Positions 45,007 to 58,837 are shown, counted from the whole stretch's first letter. The stretch: 63,770 nt of DNA, filler included, from Asterionella formosa (GCA_002256025.1; 19 parts of 19 records of this genome joined end to end with filler, not necessarily neighbours in it); one strand, 5' to 3'. A program made the numbers and translations. Notes: a model not told the origin generated them from the sequence alone.

Positions 45007-46196
45007 ATGAGGGCGCTTCTAATTTCAGCGCTGTTGATTGTCAGTTTTGTTTCGGCTGAGGAGGGACGAAGGGATGAGCGGCCCGATGTCGATGCTAACA
45101 ACAATATATCGAGGAGATGGCTTCGAGAGCGCCAAAGTAGGATCTTGCAAGACGCAAGTTTTAGTGGAACTGTGCCGTTGCCAACACTCATTCCAACAGA
45201 ACGACCAACCGAATCACCAAGTGCCGCTCCCAGCGGATTCCCTAGTGGTCTTCCATCTACCTCGCCCTCAGAATTCCCAACAATGCTTCCCACTAGTCAA
45301 CCCAGTGCCCATCCATCTGATCAGCCAAGTGACGTACCCACCACTACTCCCAGTCATGCCCCATCTACATTCCCATCATCTGCTCCATCTCCGAGCCCTA
45401 GTGGAACACCAAGCAATACCCCCAGTGGCTCACCTTCTGAAACTCCTAGCAGCAGTCCATCTAGCGCACCATCCACTATGCCCAGCAGTACACCCAGCAA
45501 TGTCCCTTCTACATCCCCATCATCTGCTCCATCGCTGATCCCTACTGGAATACCAAGCAGTACCCCCAGTGGCTTACCTTCTGAAAGTCCGAGTAACGCT
45601 CCATCTAGTGCACCATCAGCAAACCCATCGTCAATGCCGAGTGTCGAACCCACCGAAACTATAAGTGATGCCCCCAGTGGCTCTCCTACGAGTACACCGA
45701 GCAGTACCCCCAGCGGCTCACCTTCTGAAACTCCTAGTAGTAGTCCATCTAGTGCACCATCCACTGTTCCCAGCAGTACGCCCAGCAATGCCCCCTCTAC
45801 ATCCCCATCATCTGCTCCATCGCTGATCCCTACTGGAACACCAAGCAGTACCCCCAGTGGCTTACCTTCTGAAAGTCCGAGTAACGCTCCATCTAGTGCA
45901 CCATCAGCAAACCCATCGTCAATGCCGAGTGTCGAACCCACCGAAACTATAAGTGATGCCCCCAGTGGCTCTCCTACAAGAACACCCAGCAGCATTCCTA
46001 GCGGGGTGCCAACTCTGTTGCCATCGTCCATTCCATCCATGAAACCCACTAGTGCGCCCAGCAGTCGCCCTAGCAGTACCCCCAGCATCTCACCAACCAC
46101 CACTCCGAGTATCTCACCCAGTAGTGCACCTTCATTGTCGCCGACTACAATTCCAACAAGGGTTACGACCGAGACTAGTAGAGCTCGCACAAGTCT
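45007..46196 (+). CDS. Secreted Ser/Pro/Thr-rich (PSxx tetrapeptide) protein, 3' truncated by the contig end
   Basis: Signal peptide MRALLISALLIVSFVSA, RRWL and RILQ motifs, dozens of PSxx repeats, and a 288-bp internal duplication (45421 vs 45709). Confidence 0.9.
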
Positions 46197-46725
46197 NNNN
46201 NNNNNNNNNNNNNNNNNNNNNNNNNNNNNNNNNNNNNNNNTTAATTAATTAANNNNNNNNNNNNNNNNNNNNNNNNNNNNNNNNNNNNNNNNNNNNTTGT
46301 GCTCATCCACAGCGTCAGACGGCGTTCCAAAGAGCCCGTCCCAAAATTCTTCATCATGTTTCGCCTTAACCTCCATTTCTTTCCGTTCTTTGTCACTGGA
46401 AGGAAATTGGGTGTCATTGAGCAAGTCTTGCCTACAACTTCCATGGTACACTCGTGCCGGTAATGTGTACTGGTACCAGGTACAAGGGTACCTACAAGAT
46501 ATTTATATCTTGTGATGCTTTTCTGACGTCATTTTCCATCAGACCTTCCATGGTTGTATTTCAACTTATTTTCAAATTGTTCATTGTTGCCAACTGCCAT
46601 CAGTTGCAATTATTCTTTGACTTTCTATCAGTCAATCTTTAGCTAGTCTAATCTCACAATTTCTAGAACTTACTTTCGAAGTACGTCGTTTAGATTATCC
46701 TTAGACTATAGTCTGTTCTCATACA

Positions 46726-47549
46726 TTGAGATACATATTATCGCAGGTTATTAGAGCCCTCTTCCGTTTCCATCCTCAACGTTCTATCCAAGTCTTCTTC
46801 CTTCCGCTTGCGAAGATGATTACACCCACACCTTCCATCTCTGGAAGCATTGGCAGCGCTCGCCCTTTTGGTCCCCTTCCATCCCCGCCTGCTCTCTCTG
46901 TTTGTCATGTCTCTACCCCTCCTGGAACCATCACCAAACTCTATCGCTACCTCTTCTCCTCCACTGCTCCTGCACTTGCCGTTCCTCCTCTCCCTCTGGT
47001 GGTCAGTTGTTCGGATTACCCCTGTGGTGCAGTCGTTCATTTCTTCTCCACCCCTACTGCTTATCCTCTTCTTGTCACTGTTGTGGCCATTGACCGGGAT
47101 GATCCTCTACAGCTTCTCTACACTGTTCGCCGCTCCGACGGCGTTCTTATCGACACTGATTCTCGTTGTCTTCGCGCCCTTTCTGCTCAGCCTGTTGCCT
47201 TCTCAGTCGACATGGCTGTTCTCTACTCCAAACACTGTTCCTCGCCTCTCCCGTGCATTGTTCAGGCTGCCGATCACCCCAACTATACGCTCCGCACTCC
47301 TGACGCCCAGCTTATTCACACTGTTTTCAAACACATCAGCCTTGACCTCCACCACGCTACCCTTCCCCCCTTCTTCCTGGCCCTTCCCCGATTGACTCTT
47401 TCTCCAATTTTTCTCCCGGGACGAAGCAGGTCCTTTTGTCTGTTCACCATCTCTCTCTTCGGGATCGTCACACCCTCACTGCCGCACCCCCTCTTGCTAC
47501 ATCCCTCTTCGACGGTTCCCCCTCTTCCATGCAGGATCTTCAATGCCAA
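46726..47549 (+). CDS. Pyrimidine-rich partial ORF, possibly the 5' gag/ORF1 of a retroelement
   Basis: Open frame to the contig end with strong C/T skew. CA|GGTTATTAGAGCCC at 46744-46759 loosely resembles a Copia LTR end plus PBS. Confidence 0.3.
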
Positions 47550-49002
47550 NNNNNNNNNNNNNNNNNNNNNNNNNNNNNNNNNNNNNNNNNNNNTTAATTA
47601 ATTAANNNNNNNNNNNNNNNNNNNNNNNNNNNNNNNNNNNNNNNNNNNNCCCAGCACAACTGACAAGTTGCGACGAAGCGACAATGTGGCAATAGCCTGA
47701 CGAAAGGCATGATAAGGCGACATGTTGATCTCAACACACTTGCCAGAATCTAATCAAAAACGCAAAGAACATCAAACTTTTGTTCAAGTAGATGCTATAT
47801 ATCTCGGTCGTACTCGGAGTACCAGGTACATCAATTGACTTATGAGCGACGCGATGATCATGAATCAACATGAAGAGTACCGGTATTTGTATGTAAATAA
47901 AAGGCTATGGATATAACGGTACATGTTTTCACGTACAGAAGTATGTACGAAAGGTACAACCAGTACTTAGCATACGTACAGAACAACGTCCCTGACACCC
48001 CCCACAACCCTAGAAAAAGAAGGCAAAATAGCTGCTGTCTAATAAATATGATAGGGTTGCAAAAATCTTTTGGAACATCAAAAAGGCGGAGGGCGGAATG
48101 TTTTACCAATAAAAAATATCATCGCCTACCAGTATAGCACTATAGGTTTGAATCTTTAAATTAATAGTAGTGGGGATGAATTAACAATGATTCCAATCCA
48201 TTCAAATAAACTTGGAAGTGACCAAATTGAGTTCTAGCTGCAATTTTAAACATTGCAAAGCAACATATTCCACTACTTAAACTATTTTATCCTAGTAGTA
48301 GTATTAGCTAGACCATAGCTTAATATTTTATCATTTGTCTGTTTGCACTCTACTTTCTGCATATATACAGAGCAGCCATAGTACAAGAGGACACTCAGTC
48401 TTACAATATTCCTTTGCCAATTTCTATAGCAAAGGGGTTCAACATCAACAATCCACCTATTCACCAGTATTTTGGAGCTAGATTGATAATTGAACAGTAC
48501 TGGCTTTGGCATTAGATTAAAAGCCTGTGAGAAAGTATAGAAGTAGTTGTTTCGACTGCTGTCATTGGTTCCTGCTACTGTACTGCAATTCTGTATTGAC
48601 TCACGCATAAACCACAGCAACAGTCCAAACAAGAAACCCACCTCATGAATATAATACAATTTGTCCATAATAACATGGGTAGTAATGTATTTATGGATAG
48701 CTTGTGATGGATAGCTTGTGTTGGATAGTCTGGAACCTTCAATAGCAGGTCATGCCAGCCAGCAAGAATGAAATAAAAAAATTCTACATGTATGAATACA
48801 TCAAATCCTTGCATGTAGCCAGCCAGTCTCACCAATCTCAGGCTGGTGTTTTCCAATGGTTCCAACATGGAAATCATTTCAGCAGACGCTTCTGTGGAGA
48901 CGNNNNNNNNNNNNNNNNNNNNNNNNNNNNNNNNNNNNNNNNNNNNTTAATTAATTAANNNNNNNNNNNNNNNNNNNNNNNNNNNNNNNNNNNNNNNNNN
49001 NN

Positions 49003-50174
49003 TCCCTGGCTTTTTCTGCCATGGACTGGATGCATGCAGGTGCATGGCGATCCGGGTCTTTCCATCCTCGAACTTGTATTTTTCTGACATCACCACCAAG
49101 TCTAATTTGCACCCCAACTACAAAGCGACCTTTGAATAGATTTCTGTACAATGCCAAAGCATCCTTCAAGGCCTTGGAAGGACGTGTCATAAATAACCGG
49201 AAGAAAATAAATGTCCGTTCTGCTCTACCCAAGTCCATGAGTCGGTTGTTCTTCCAAAATTGTGCGGCATATGCATTATGCTTGAAGGGATCCATTCGAA
49301 ACGTCAGTTGGCTCAACACCACAACATCCTGGTCGATATTTTTTGTATATTTCCCAAACAATTCCTGTGGCATGTTTGTCTCGTAGAACCATGACATATT
49401 CTCATACTCAAAAGTGCCACTTTCCTTTGTAGTTCTAGTCGTCTTTTTGATGGCATAATAGTCCCAGTTTCCTCCAGCGGAGGATAGTACAATTGTAGGA
49501 ATGTTTTTCAATTGAGGCACTACATCTAAAGATGTTTTCAAATTGAATTTCTGAAACAAGATCCCTCCAGCGGAATAGTACTTATCATTCAATCCAAGAA
49601 AGAAATCATCCCACTGGGCCGGATGTTCCATACATATTGAAAATGTGGCATTCATTGCCAATGCTAATAGAAATGTATTCACTGCCGCACGGATACGATC
49701 TCCCAATCCACCACAACCTTTCTGACAATAATACACGACATGTCGACGTAGTTGTTGTTTTGGTTGTTGTTGCTGTTGTTCATAATTGGCCCGTACCAGC
49801 CCAACACGTAGTGGCATGTTGGTGGGATGGGCATCTACCAAGGATTGCAGACAATGGATAGAAAATGGAACAATGATCGGTTTCGGAAAGGTGGAGCTGT
49901 AGTAGTAGTTGGTGTATTGCTTGAGTGTGCAATTATCATGATGACGAGACGTTTGTTGTTCCCCATTATTACCGGTTGGTGATACCGGTAGTATGGTACC
50001 AGTTGTGTTTGTCAAAACAAGCGCAGTTGGTGGTTGGTCTGATGATAATATTGTCGTTGAAATGACCTTCCAATGACGAGCAGAGAATATGTTCAAGCAG
50101 CAGCATACGCTGACAATCAAAGCAATGCTAAGGAGCAGAACTTTGTGATATCCTGCTGTAATGTTTTTGGTCAT
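49003..50174 (-). CDS. Type II membrane glycosyltransferase, fucosyltransferase-like (3' truncated)
   Basis: N-terminal TM anchor, GCGGLGDRI...FLLALA and VVGVQIRLG, which resemble the GDP-fucose-binding motifs of GT11/23/37-like enzymes. Confidence 0.75.
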
Positions 50175-50628
50175 GATCCTTAGCTTTGAAGGAAAGCATT
50201 TTTATTATGAACACGTAATCCAAAAGAAAATGGTAGACTACCGGTCCGGGGCACTNNNNNNNNNNNNNNNNNNNNNNNNNNNNNNNNNNNNNNNNNNNNT
50301 TAATTAATTAANNNNNNNNNNNNNNNNNNNNNNNNNNNNNNNNNNNNNNNNNNNNTTACATACTCCGTACCAGCTATCAGGTACATATTCCGCCGTACCA
50401 GCTGTACTGGTACTCGAGACTTCCTCAAGTACTCTGGAGCTCCGAAGTATCAGAGTACCTATTATATACTCCATACCAGGGACGTGGTACTGATTACTAG
50501 CTGTACTCCGAGTACCAGGTGATACCATTGCAGAAGCATTGATACTAGGTGGAAGTGACGAATCATAGTCTCTACACAAAGAATCATAGTCTCTACACAT
50601 TCTTTTTTGGTTTACTCTTCTTATCAGG

Positions 50629-51608
50629 ATGTCATCTCGACAATCGACATACACCCAAACTATGAGCGACCATGACCATGCTACCCAACATGCTTGTACA
50701 ACACGAACAACAACACCATCATCTGCACTCCCTGAGCACCCCCGACGTTCCACACGCCTTCATGGTACTTACCCACGTATCCCAGACGTTTCTCCTACCA
50801 GCCAACCGCATCTTTTCCATGGTTTGGATTGCCAGCTGGCATCTTTACTCGAGACACTTGGAACCCCTTCTGCAACATCACATGTCCACTCAGCAGCTCC
50901 TACTAATCCTACTATGGGTAAAGTCGTACCTTACCCCACGACGATCAGCATACAATCTGACCCGCTTCATGATCACATCACGACACATGGTCGACTCCGT
51001 AATTCCTACCACCATATGTCTCTTGAAGAGCGATTCAATACTGCCCCCCACAGTCGAGTCTCTATGACTCGAAACATACCTTTGGACACTCGCTCTACTT
51101 ATAGTGGCCAAAAGTATGATACTCTTACAGACGGGAATACTGTTGATACTCATACATCTGTTCTTCTCCCCTCTTCCCCTACTCCCACGTTACCTGCAGA
51201 GCTACTCAATAACATTGAATCCTGCATACAGTCTTACGTAAAGGAACGGTTAAATTTATATACCATAACACATGACGTCCGTTATTCTATGCACCCTGTG
51301 GAAAATTACCATGTCCGCCAAGGTATGCAGCCACCACTTCAGTCCTCTACACTTCGTCCTTCTTTGTCACACCAGCATCACGAGTCATACAACGATAATG
51401 ATCCTGATCCAGGTGATGATTGTCCTTCTTTGTCACACCAGCATCACGAGTCATACAACGATAATGATCCTGATCCAGGTGATGATCCACCAGAATCCAC
51501 CTCATCTGACCAGTCTCATTCCAAGAGTGAAGCTGACCCTCCATTTAATGATCATCTTGCTGCCTACAATGCAGATAATCCATTCTTACCAAGATTCCGC
51601 CCCATTCC
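50629..51608 (+). CDS. Low-complexity partial ORF with a 66-bp tandem duplication; possibly retroelement gag N-terminus
   Basis: Open from the ATG to the contig end. PSLSHQHHESYNDNDPDPGDD occurs twice (51357, 51423). Confidence 0.4.
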
Positions 51609-51708
51609 NNNNNNNNNNNNNNNNNNNNNNNNNNNNNNNNNNNNNNNNNNNNTTAATTAATTAANNNNNNNNNNNNNNNNNNNNNNNNNNNNNNNNNNNN
51701 NNNNNNNN

Positions 51709-52510
51709 GCAGGGAGAATGGAGCAGCAAGCATAATGTACGACAAACCAAAAATCGCAACAGGGACACCATAAACTCCCAAATCAAATAGGCCGATTTTT
51801 GGTTCCTTTGGATAATACTTGAGTAACAAACCCGACACTACAAGGTTAGTCGATGTACCAATCAATGTGCATGTTCCTCCCAAAATAGTAGCAAAGGAGA
51901 GCGGAATCATCAACTGCTGCCGAGGAACGCCGATATTTCTTGCCCAACGAAGGGTAATTGGAATCATGACAGCTACGATGGGAGTGTTATTCAAAAACGC
52001 AGACAAGGTGGCGATAGGAACCATGAGTCGGATCTGAGCACCAGCAATCGACTTGGGGTGTCCAAGGACTTTTCCCATGTACCAATCGAGAGCTCCTGTG
52101 CGACTAATGCCTTCCGCAACAACAAACAAAACAAGCACGGTCAAGATCCCTTCGTTGGAGAAGCCGCCGAGTCCTTCGGATATGGTAATGATCTGGCAAG
52201 CCATAAAGATGGTCAATCCGGCGATCATGACCCAATCAGCTCCAATTCTGTCGGACAAAAGGATAGCAAACATAAAGAACAACGTGATCGATACAACTAG
52301 AATTTGCCAAAGTTCGCCTGTGGTCTTTGCTGGAGCAACAGTCGCGAGAAATCGCTGTTCGTCATGCGGACAAGGGCAGTGGTCGAGCCATGGAGCAGCT
52401 GCTCCGGCACTGCTTAAAGGAAGGATGTCGTTAATTGTCATTTCAGACAAGTGGCCTAAGATGTTGGTTATGCAACTTAAGAAATTGTGAGATGACTCGT
52501 GAAGTTTCAT
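51709..52510 (-). CDS. SLC13/SLT-like sodium:sulfate (anion) cotransporter, N-terminal part
   Basis: GFSNEGILTVLVLFVVAEGISRTGAL, SAFLNNTPIVAVMIP and PLSFATILGGTCTLIGTSTNLVVSGL. Confidence 0.9.
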
Positions 52511-53091
52511 TTCTCGCCAGTATTTTGAAACCTGGAGTTAGCATTCGCTCTATAGACGATATACTGTTATGTTGCTCAATACCTGGTACCTGGTACCAGG
52601 GTGCCAGGTCCCATTTACCAAATCTCAGACGCACATCACCTCATCGTCACACCGTACCGATATGTACCAGTACACATTGGTACATGCAGTGTACACATAA
52701 TCAACATACCGGAAAGCATCGCCTGACCATCTCATGCTGACTTTCAGACGTGTACTCCATTTTTCAACGAGACCCTCCTCTCAGACGTACATGTCATTTT
52801 ATTACTTACCGGTATATCATTATTATTTGTCATTTTTATTCATACAGATTCCTTGTCTGTAGATTATGCTGTACTCGAAGCAATTTGTAAATTTTTTGTA
52901 TGCACTCAATGCATGTATACCATGGTTTATGTCTCATTATACACTGTTGTCCCTGTATTGANNNNNNNNNNNNNNNNNNNNNNNNNNNNNNNNNNNNNNN
53001 NNNNNTTAATTAATTAANNNNNNNNNNNNNNNNNNNNNNNNNNNNNNNNNNNNNNNNNNNNGCGGGTTCGCATTTTGGAGATCAGAAAACA

Positions 53092-54314
53092 ATGACAATG
53101 AAGATTGTGGAACTACTTCGATCGTTGTTGCTCGTGGCCACACTTCTAGTAACCAGCACCTCTGTGCTAGCGAACGAGGCCGTGATTTTGACAGAATTTG
53201 AAGTGGGTGTCGATGGTCAACAAGAACAAGTTCTGCAGCTGGAAATCAACAAAGGCATTGGAACCCCTGCAGCTGATACTGCAGCAGATCTTGAACCAGA
53301 GGCTCGCGGTCGAGACCCAGACGAACTCACCTCTGAAATTCCATCGCCAAAGCCGAAGCATCACGAAGAAGAAGACTCACTAGTTCCAGCTAGGGAAACG
53401 CCAGATGACGACAACGGTGAGGACCTTCCATTGGTGATCCCTACGAAAGATGACTGCCGAGATCTTGAGGAAGAATGTGAATTCTGGTCGTCCATTGGCG
53501 AATGCGACGCGGAAAACGGGAACCCTGCATTCATGTACCAATACTGTCCCAAGAGCTGTAACCTATGTGGGAGAGACGACATTGCTGACTTGATTCAACA
53601 AGCTTTGAACTCTGTTCAGGTGAAGGTTGTTGATGAACCTATCTGTCAAGACCTGAACGAAAAATGCGCTCTTTGGGAGTCTATTGGAGAGTGTGAAGCG
53701 GTTGATGGAAATCCTGCCTACATGTACATTAACTGTCAAAAGAGCTGCAACCTTTGTGGCAAGGGAGATATTGACATTTTGCTGCGTCGGGCATTGAAAT
53801 TGCGCAGCGACGACTTGGCCATTTCTGGGTGGGGAGAGGAACAAAATACTCTAAACGATGAAGCATTTAACGATTTGAAGAATGACATAGATGGATACAT
53901 GCTGGAAGAAATCAACGTCGAAGTGAAATATAAGTCGTATAAAAAAAGATGCCGGAATCGATATAAGGAATGTTTGTTTTGGGCCTTTAAAGGAGAGGTA
54001 AGTCCAGATGCATTGTTTGCAGGGATCAATGGAGATTCTCAAGCATTTCTGCAGCTCAAGAATTTCCGCCTTTTTGTTCAAAAAATTTCTAATTGGTAGT
54101 GCGAAAGCAATCCTGACTTCATGGAAATGCAATGCGCACCAAGCTGCAAGACCTGTCACAAAATATCCTTTAATTATAAATGCCCTATGCCTGAGAATAT
54201 TCCTGAAGTCAATGCATGGCAACCTGGTGACCTTGACAAAATGTTTGAACGGATCGTGGCTACCATTCCAAATGTAAATATCCATTCTCGACCAAGCCCT
54301 GTCGAATCCGAAGA
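53092..54314 (+). CDS. Secreted multi-ShK-domain protein (probably ShK-prolyl 4-hydroxylase), N-terminal part
   Basis: Signal peptide and three ShK repeats (C..W...GEC..NP.[FY]M...C.KSC..C). Intron 53998-54099 splits the third. They are followed by WQPGDLDKMFERI. Confidence 0.85.
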
Positions 54315-54414
54315 NNNNNNNNNNNNNNNNNNNNNNNNNNNNNNNNNNNNNNNNNNNNTTAATTAATTAANNNNNNNNNNNNNNNNNNNNNNNNNNNNNN
54401 NNNNNNNNNNNNNN

Positions 54415-55665
54415 TACCGGTTATTTGCCAATACCTTGGAGGTATTTTCTGTCCTCAGTAGAAGACTACCAAGGCCTACGAGAAAATACTACCCTGGTAG
54501 AATTTCGGGACTACTAAACCGGTATGCCGGATCAAATATCTTTTATTTCTGACAAGCAATTTTGGACAAGGAAATCCAGAGCTGAATGACTATAATGCTA
54601 ACTCTTCGATCATTCTCCGGCTCGATGCGCAGTTGTATGGAAAAATGCAGTTGAATCACTGGATGCATCGAATCGGTTTCTGGCACCAAGTTATCGGAAC
54701 TTGCTCGGCGTTTTGTTGAGGGATACATGCACCAAGTTATTGGAATTCTCGTATAGAGCAAACAGTTTTTAACGATCTGACAACATGAACGTAGTTGTGT
54801 GGAAGTAAGTTTGGAGTTTGCGACTGTGATCATTGCGAACGACATTAAGATCCAACAAAAACGCAAAGGCGAGTGTTCCTTGCTTCCAGTTCTTAGCTCT
54901 TATTTTCAATCGAAAGAAAGCTTTACTACAAAGGAAATTGGAATGTGAAAAAATCACTTGAATGGGCTTTTTGAAATTTGGGTCGCGAGGCATGATTCAA
55001 TGGTTCCATGCTAAAGGCGGTTTCTCAACGCTTGCTGACTATTTATCAGTCAGGATCAATACACCGCTTTTCCCTTTGTTGGAGTTTTGGCATCAGATTC
55101 TAAACGCACTCGTTTGATGCCGTTCCCAGTCGACAAATTGTAAACGATGACAAGTCGTCTGCAAAGGAGATGGAAGATCATGCGATCATGGTATCACAAG
55201 CTGTGATGGATTACATGAACAGCTTCACCAATGAATCCATCAAGAAACAACCACCGGAGCTGATCATCACCTGTCGTCGCGAGTATTTGCAGAAAATCTT
55301 TGATCGTCTCGTTGTCTCTCGTCGTCGAAAGCAGATATATAAGTTTTATTCGGTTTGGCGCGGTCTGATTTTGAAATTGATCACGTCTCAATCACTTCCC
55401 TTGAGACTAACTGGTTGGGAAAAGCTCAAGGATTGTATCGAGGCATGCAAAAATCATCGTCCACCACCAAAGATGTTCGAGGTGTCTCAAGCAGGAGGTC
55501 TCCAATTCGTCAACGGAATATTCGAATTCGCAGGAGTGATTACAGCTGACGGGTATGCCCGGTGTTCCCGGAAAGGACCTGACACTGTTTCGTTGTACAA
55601 TGCGCTCACAGCAAAAATGGTGGTTTCTATCTGAGGCAGACGAAGAGCAACTGGGAACGGATAGA
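54415..55665 (+). pseudogene. Frameshifted fragment resembling the N-terminal region of a large diatom ubiquitin-specific protease
   Basis: WRGLILKLITSQSLPLRLTGWE...HRPPP...FVNG, then CTMRSQQKWWFLSEADEEQ in another frame. Upstream frames are broken by stops. The family is assigned from memory only. Confidence 0.45.
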
Positions 55666-55765
55666 NNNNNNNNNNNNNNNNNNNNNNNNNNNNNNNNNNN
55701 NNNNNNNNNTTAATTAATTAANNNNNNNNNNNNNNNNNNNNNNNNNNNNNNNNNNNNNNNNNNNN

Positions 55766-57016
55766 TGGATTTTGAGTTTTGCAGGCAGAGTTAAGGCTTC
55801 ATAGGGTTTACTGTCATCTTGATGGCTTTTGATGTGAACCGCCTGGAGATCGACCGGGATAGATGCCAGAACCGTCTTGGCTGAGTGGATAAGGTCCCAG
55901 TCTGGGTAGTGTTGATGGTGGTGAGACAGACGCTTGACTAGGGCCTGGTTGTCGATGCGGTGAGAGGAGTAAGGGGATCTAGAAGATCATGGTATGTAAG
56001 AAGAGCACGAAGGGCAAGAACTGCACCAAGATAGCCGCAGCACTCTTCCCGGAAGGAGGAAAGAGGAGTGTCGGTGAAGGTGGTGGTGTTGTAGCCAGAG
56101 AGTTGGGTGTCACTGGAGCGGCCATGAATAACCCATGCGAAAGAGCCATGGGGAGAGCGGACTGATCCATCAGTGGCTACCTCAAAATTATTGGTTTTGA
56201 TATCTTGGAGGAGTGGTAGAATATCGGGCGGGAAGGTAACCTGGCCGATATAATAATTGTCATAAGAAGAAAGAGATGAAAGGTAGGTGGAGAAGGTTGG
56301 TGGGAGATGCGATTCAGGGAGAAAGGAGGGGAGAAATCGAATATGGTGGGATAGAGTTTGCGGGAAGGGGAGCCAGGAAGAGACCGAAATTGGAATGGCG
56401 GAAGAGGGAAGAGTGGAGGTAAGTTGATTTGGAGTTGGTGTGAAGCGGAGCCGATTATTCCGACGATAAGGGGAGAACAAGATGGAAGGATCAGAGGGGA
56501 GGCGACAATAGAAGGTAGAAGATGATGGATGCAAATATGTCGGCCAGTGTTGGTGAGAGGGTCCAGTGGGAAGCCATTTGAGAAGACGGCTTTGAGGGCG
56601 AAGGTGAAGGGAGCGAGATTTGATGGTGAAGAGGTGTGAAAGTAGGCGTCCCCAAATTGTCCAGCTGGTGGGGCCAGGGCGGGTTTGTTTGGGCCAGGAG
56701 AGATTGGAGACTCTATTGATTTTGTATCTGTTCCAAAAGTCCTTATCAATGGTGTTGCCTGTACTGTCGACAATGTCGGACAGAGTGAGCACTTGCAGAT
56801 ACAGACGACATCTATTGAATTTGATGATGTCTGAGGCAGTGATAGAAAAAGTGGCTGCCAATGAAATTAATCTAGGCATGAGATGACAATCATTCTGCCT
56901 CTCAAGGGGAAGGATCCAGGGATCAGAGAGAGTAAGGAGGGCAGAGGTTTCATCCATAAAATCCCAAGTAGTGGTAAGCCAAGAAGGTTCAATATATTGT
57001 GCAATAGAAGAGTAGG
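55766..57016 (-). mobile_element. Non-LTR retrotransposon pol fragment with RNase H (diatom Ambal-like)
   Basis: NRCRLYLQVLTLSDI, WPKQTRPG..SWTIW, VATDGSV...SFAWVI...SSFREE, and after a frameshift PDWDLI...HIKSHQD. Confidence 0.88.
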
Positions 57017-57116
57017 NNNNNNNNNNNNNNNNNNNNNNNNNNNNNNNNNNNNNNNNNNNNTTAATTAATTAANNNNNNNNNNNNNNNNNNNNNNNNNNNN
57101 NNNNNNNNNNNNNNNN

Positions 57117-58367
57117 TGGTCAAAACCCGCTAGTTGAAGTGACACTGCAGGCTATCAGAGGTATCACCTTGCGTACTCGTGAAGATGGTACGAATATAAT
57201 AGGCCTTTGTCGCGGCGAAGAAATAAACGGGCGAGTACCAAGGATGCCAAGGATAACTGCAGCAGTTGCTTTCTCAGGCTCTGTGAACGATATGCAAGTG
57301 TCGTCTTCATTCATCTGCCCTAAGTCAGCGAAGTTGATGGTAGAATCTCGTCCAGCGACACTCCTCCCGTCAACAGATTACCCGTTGATGAATACCTACC
57401 CCTTGATCGCCCAATGGACTGATCTTAACGACGAAGATCTCATTTTGGACGTCCTGCAACCTCATCTTTCAATTCGAGTACCTGCCAGTGACTCTCGTGT
57501 ACCAAAAATACCGTTGTCGCAAATGAACCGCGACTCCAACATTATTCAATCGAGTCCTAGGTCTCGGTCATCTTGGTCGCCATCGCTAGACGAAAGCGAT
57601 GTTTCTTCGCAGTCTGGTGAACTAGGAGGATTTGAAGTTGGTCCAACACCTTCCCGTGACGATACCCGATCTGAAACTCGGGAAGGTACTAGTGTGGTGT
57701 GGTCGGCAAGCGGTGCTGCCATGCCAGAGATTATTGAGCTCCATGTGAGTCTCAAAATCGATGAAGATGATGCGAAGAATACGAGAAGTGGCGAAAGCGA
57801 TGAGCTTGAAGTCGCGTGTGACAGTTGGCGCGAAACGATTTTCCCCATTGGTACAGCGTTCTTGGTCTTCTTTGGTAACGACGAAGGTCGCACCGTCATT
57901 GACCTTCCAATAAAGAAGAACTTCGGATCGCAACTTGCAGCAAACGGAAGTGTCTCCTTGGACGACAATGCCTCTATTCGGATAATGGTGGATGTAATGC
58001 CACAGGGAAAAATTGGTGGCAGCCCGTTCAATTCTTTTATCGACTTGTATTCCAGTGATATGATTGACGCTGCCTCAAAAGCCAGAATATATCATGACCA
58101 AAGAGTCCTGTGGCCCATCCTGGAACAGCTAAAGAAAGCAGAAAGAATGATCAGTGGACCTAAACAACGTCTGCGAAAGGATCTCGAGAGGCATGCAGAT
58201 GGTCACGGCGCACCGCCGCTGTATCCGCGAGAATTCCGGGCTTCACGAATGCTTTGTAACCTTGGCAGTCTTGACATCTTCTCGACAATATCAGCAGCAG
58301 TTAAGTGCGGAGATGCGGGCGGTTTTATTCCACGGAGCAACTCAATGTCGAGTACAATTGACACAGC
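57117..58367 (+). CDS. Hypothetical protein (internal fragment, C2-like segments)
   Basis: An open frame of more than 400 codons spans the contig (VEVTLQAIRGI...ITAAVAFSG...IIELHVSL...PIGTAFLVF...IDLPI). Confidence 0.75.
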
Positions 58368-58467
58368 NNNNNNNNNNNNNNNNNNNNNNNNNNNNNNNNN
58401 NNNNNNNNNNNTTAATTAATTAANNNNNNNNNNNNNNNNNNNNNNNNNNNNNNNNNNNNNNNNNNNN

Positions 58468-58702
58468 TTTGTTTAGGCTACGCATATGCATTCACTGCTC
58501 AGATATATCTAGCTAGATGTTCGTAGCTGGCCTGTCACCATTGACAATCCTTGTTGCTTCATGATACACTGTGATACAAATTAGTGATATAGTGTCAAGT
58601 TTGGAATGAATGAAATTCAGTTCAAATCGAGTTACTGTTGCTGATACATTTACAAAAAATTTCAAATTCCGTGATACACGAAAAATATGATAAGAACGGC
58701 CC
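58468..58702 (-). mobile_element. Second Harbinger-like terminus (same TIR as 2584-2599, flanked by TAA)
   Basis: ATGATAAGAACGGCCC|TAA with TGATAC subterminal motifs. Confidence 0.65.
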
Positions 58703-58762
58703 TAAGATAGATGTCGAAATCCTGAAGGCAATACACGCCCGAGGTGGTCTCTTGCCTGCAAG

Positions 58763-58837
58763 TATACATGTGTTCGAGGCTGGGTGGCGCGAGAAGGTCA
58801 CCCTACGAGTGCCATCCCAGCCTCAAACACATGTATG
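58763..58837. other. Long imperfect inverted repeat (about 28-bp stem, 18-nt loop)
   Basis: TATACATGTGTTCGAGGCTGGGTGGCGC pairs with GTGCCATCCCAGCCTCAAACACATGTATG. It can be extended by TTGCCT/AGGCAA. Confidence 0.8.

Noticed and set aside
45354..46190. 278-aa Gly/Leu-rich minus-strand ORF and similar antisense ORFs over real genes
   Set aside because: These are shadow frames of the PS-repeat gene and other CDSs.
47650..48902. Possible genes on this contig
   Set aside because: Only short, broken ORFs without recognisable motifs.
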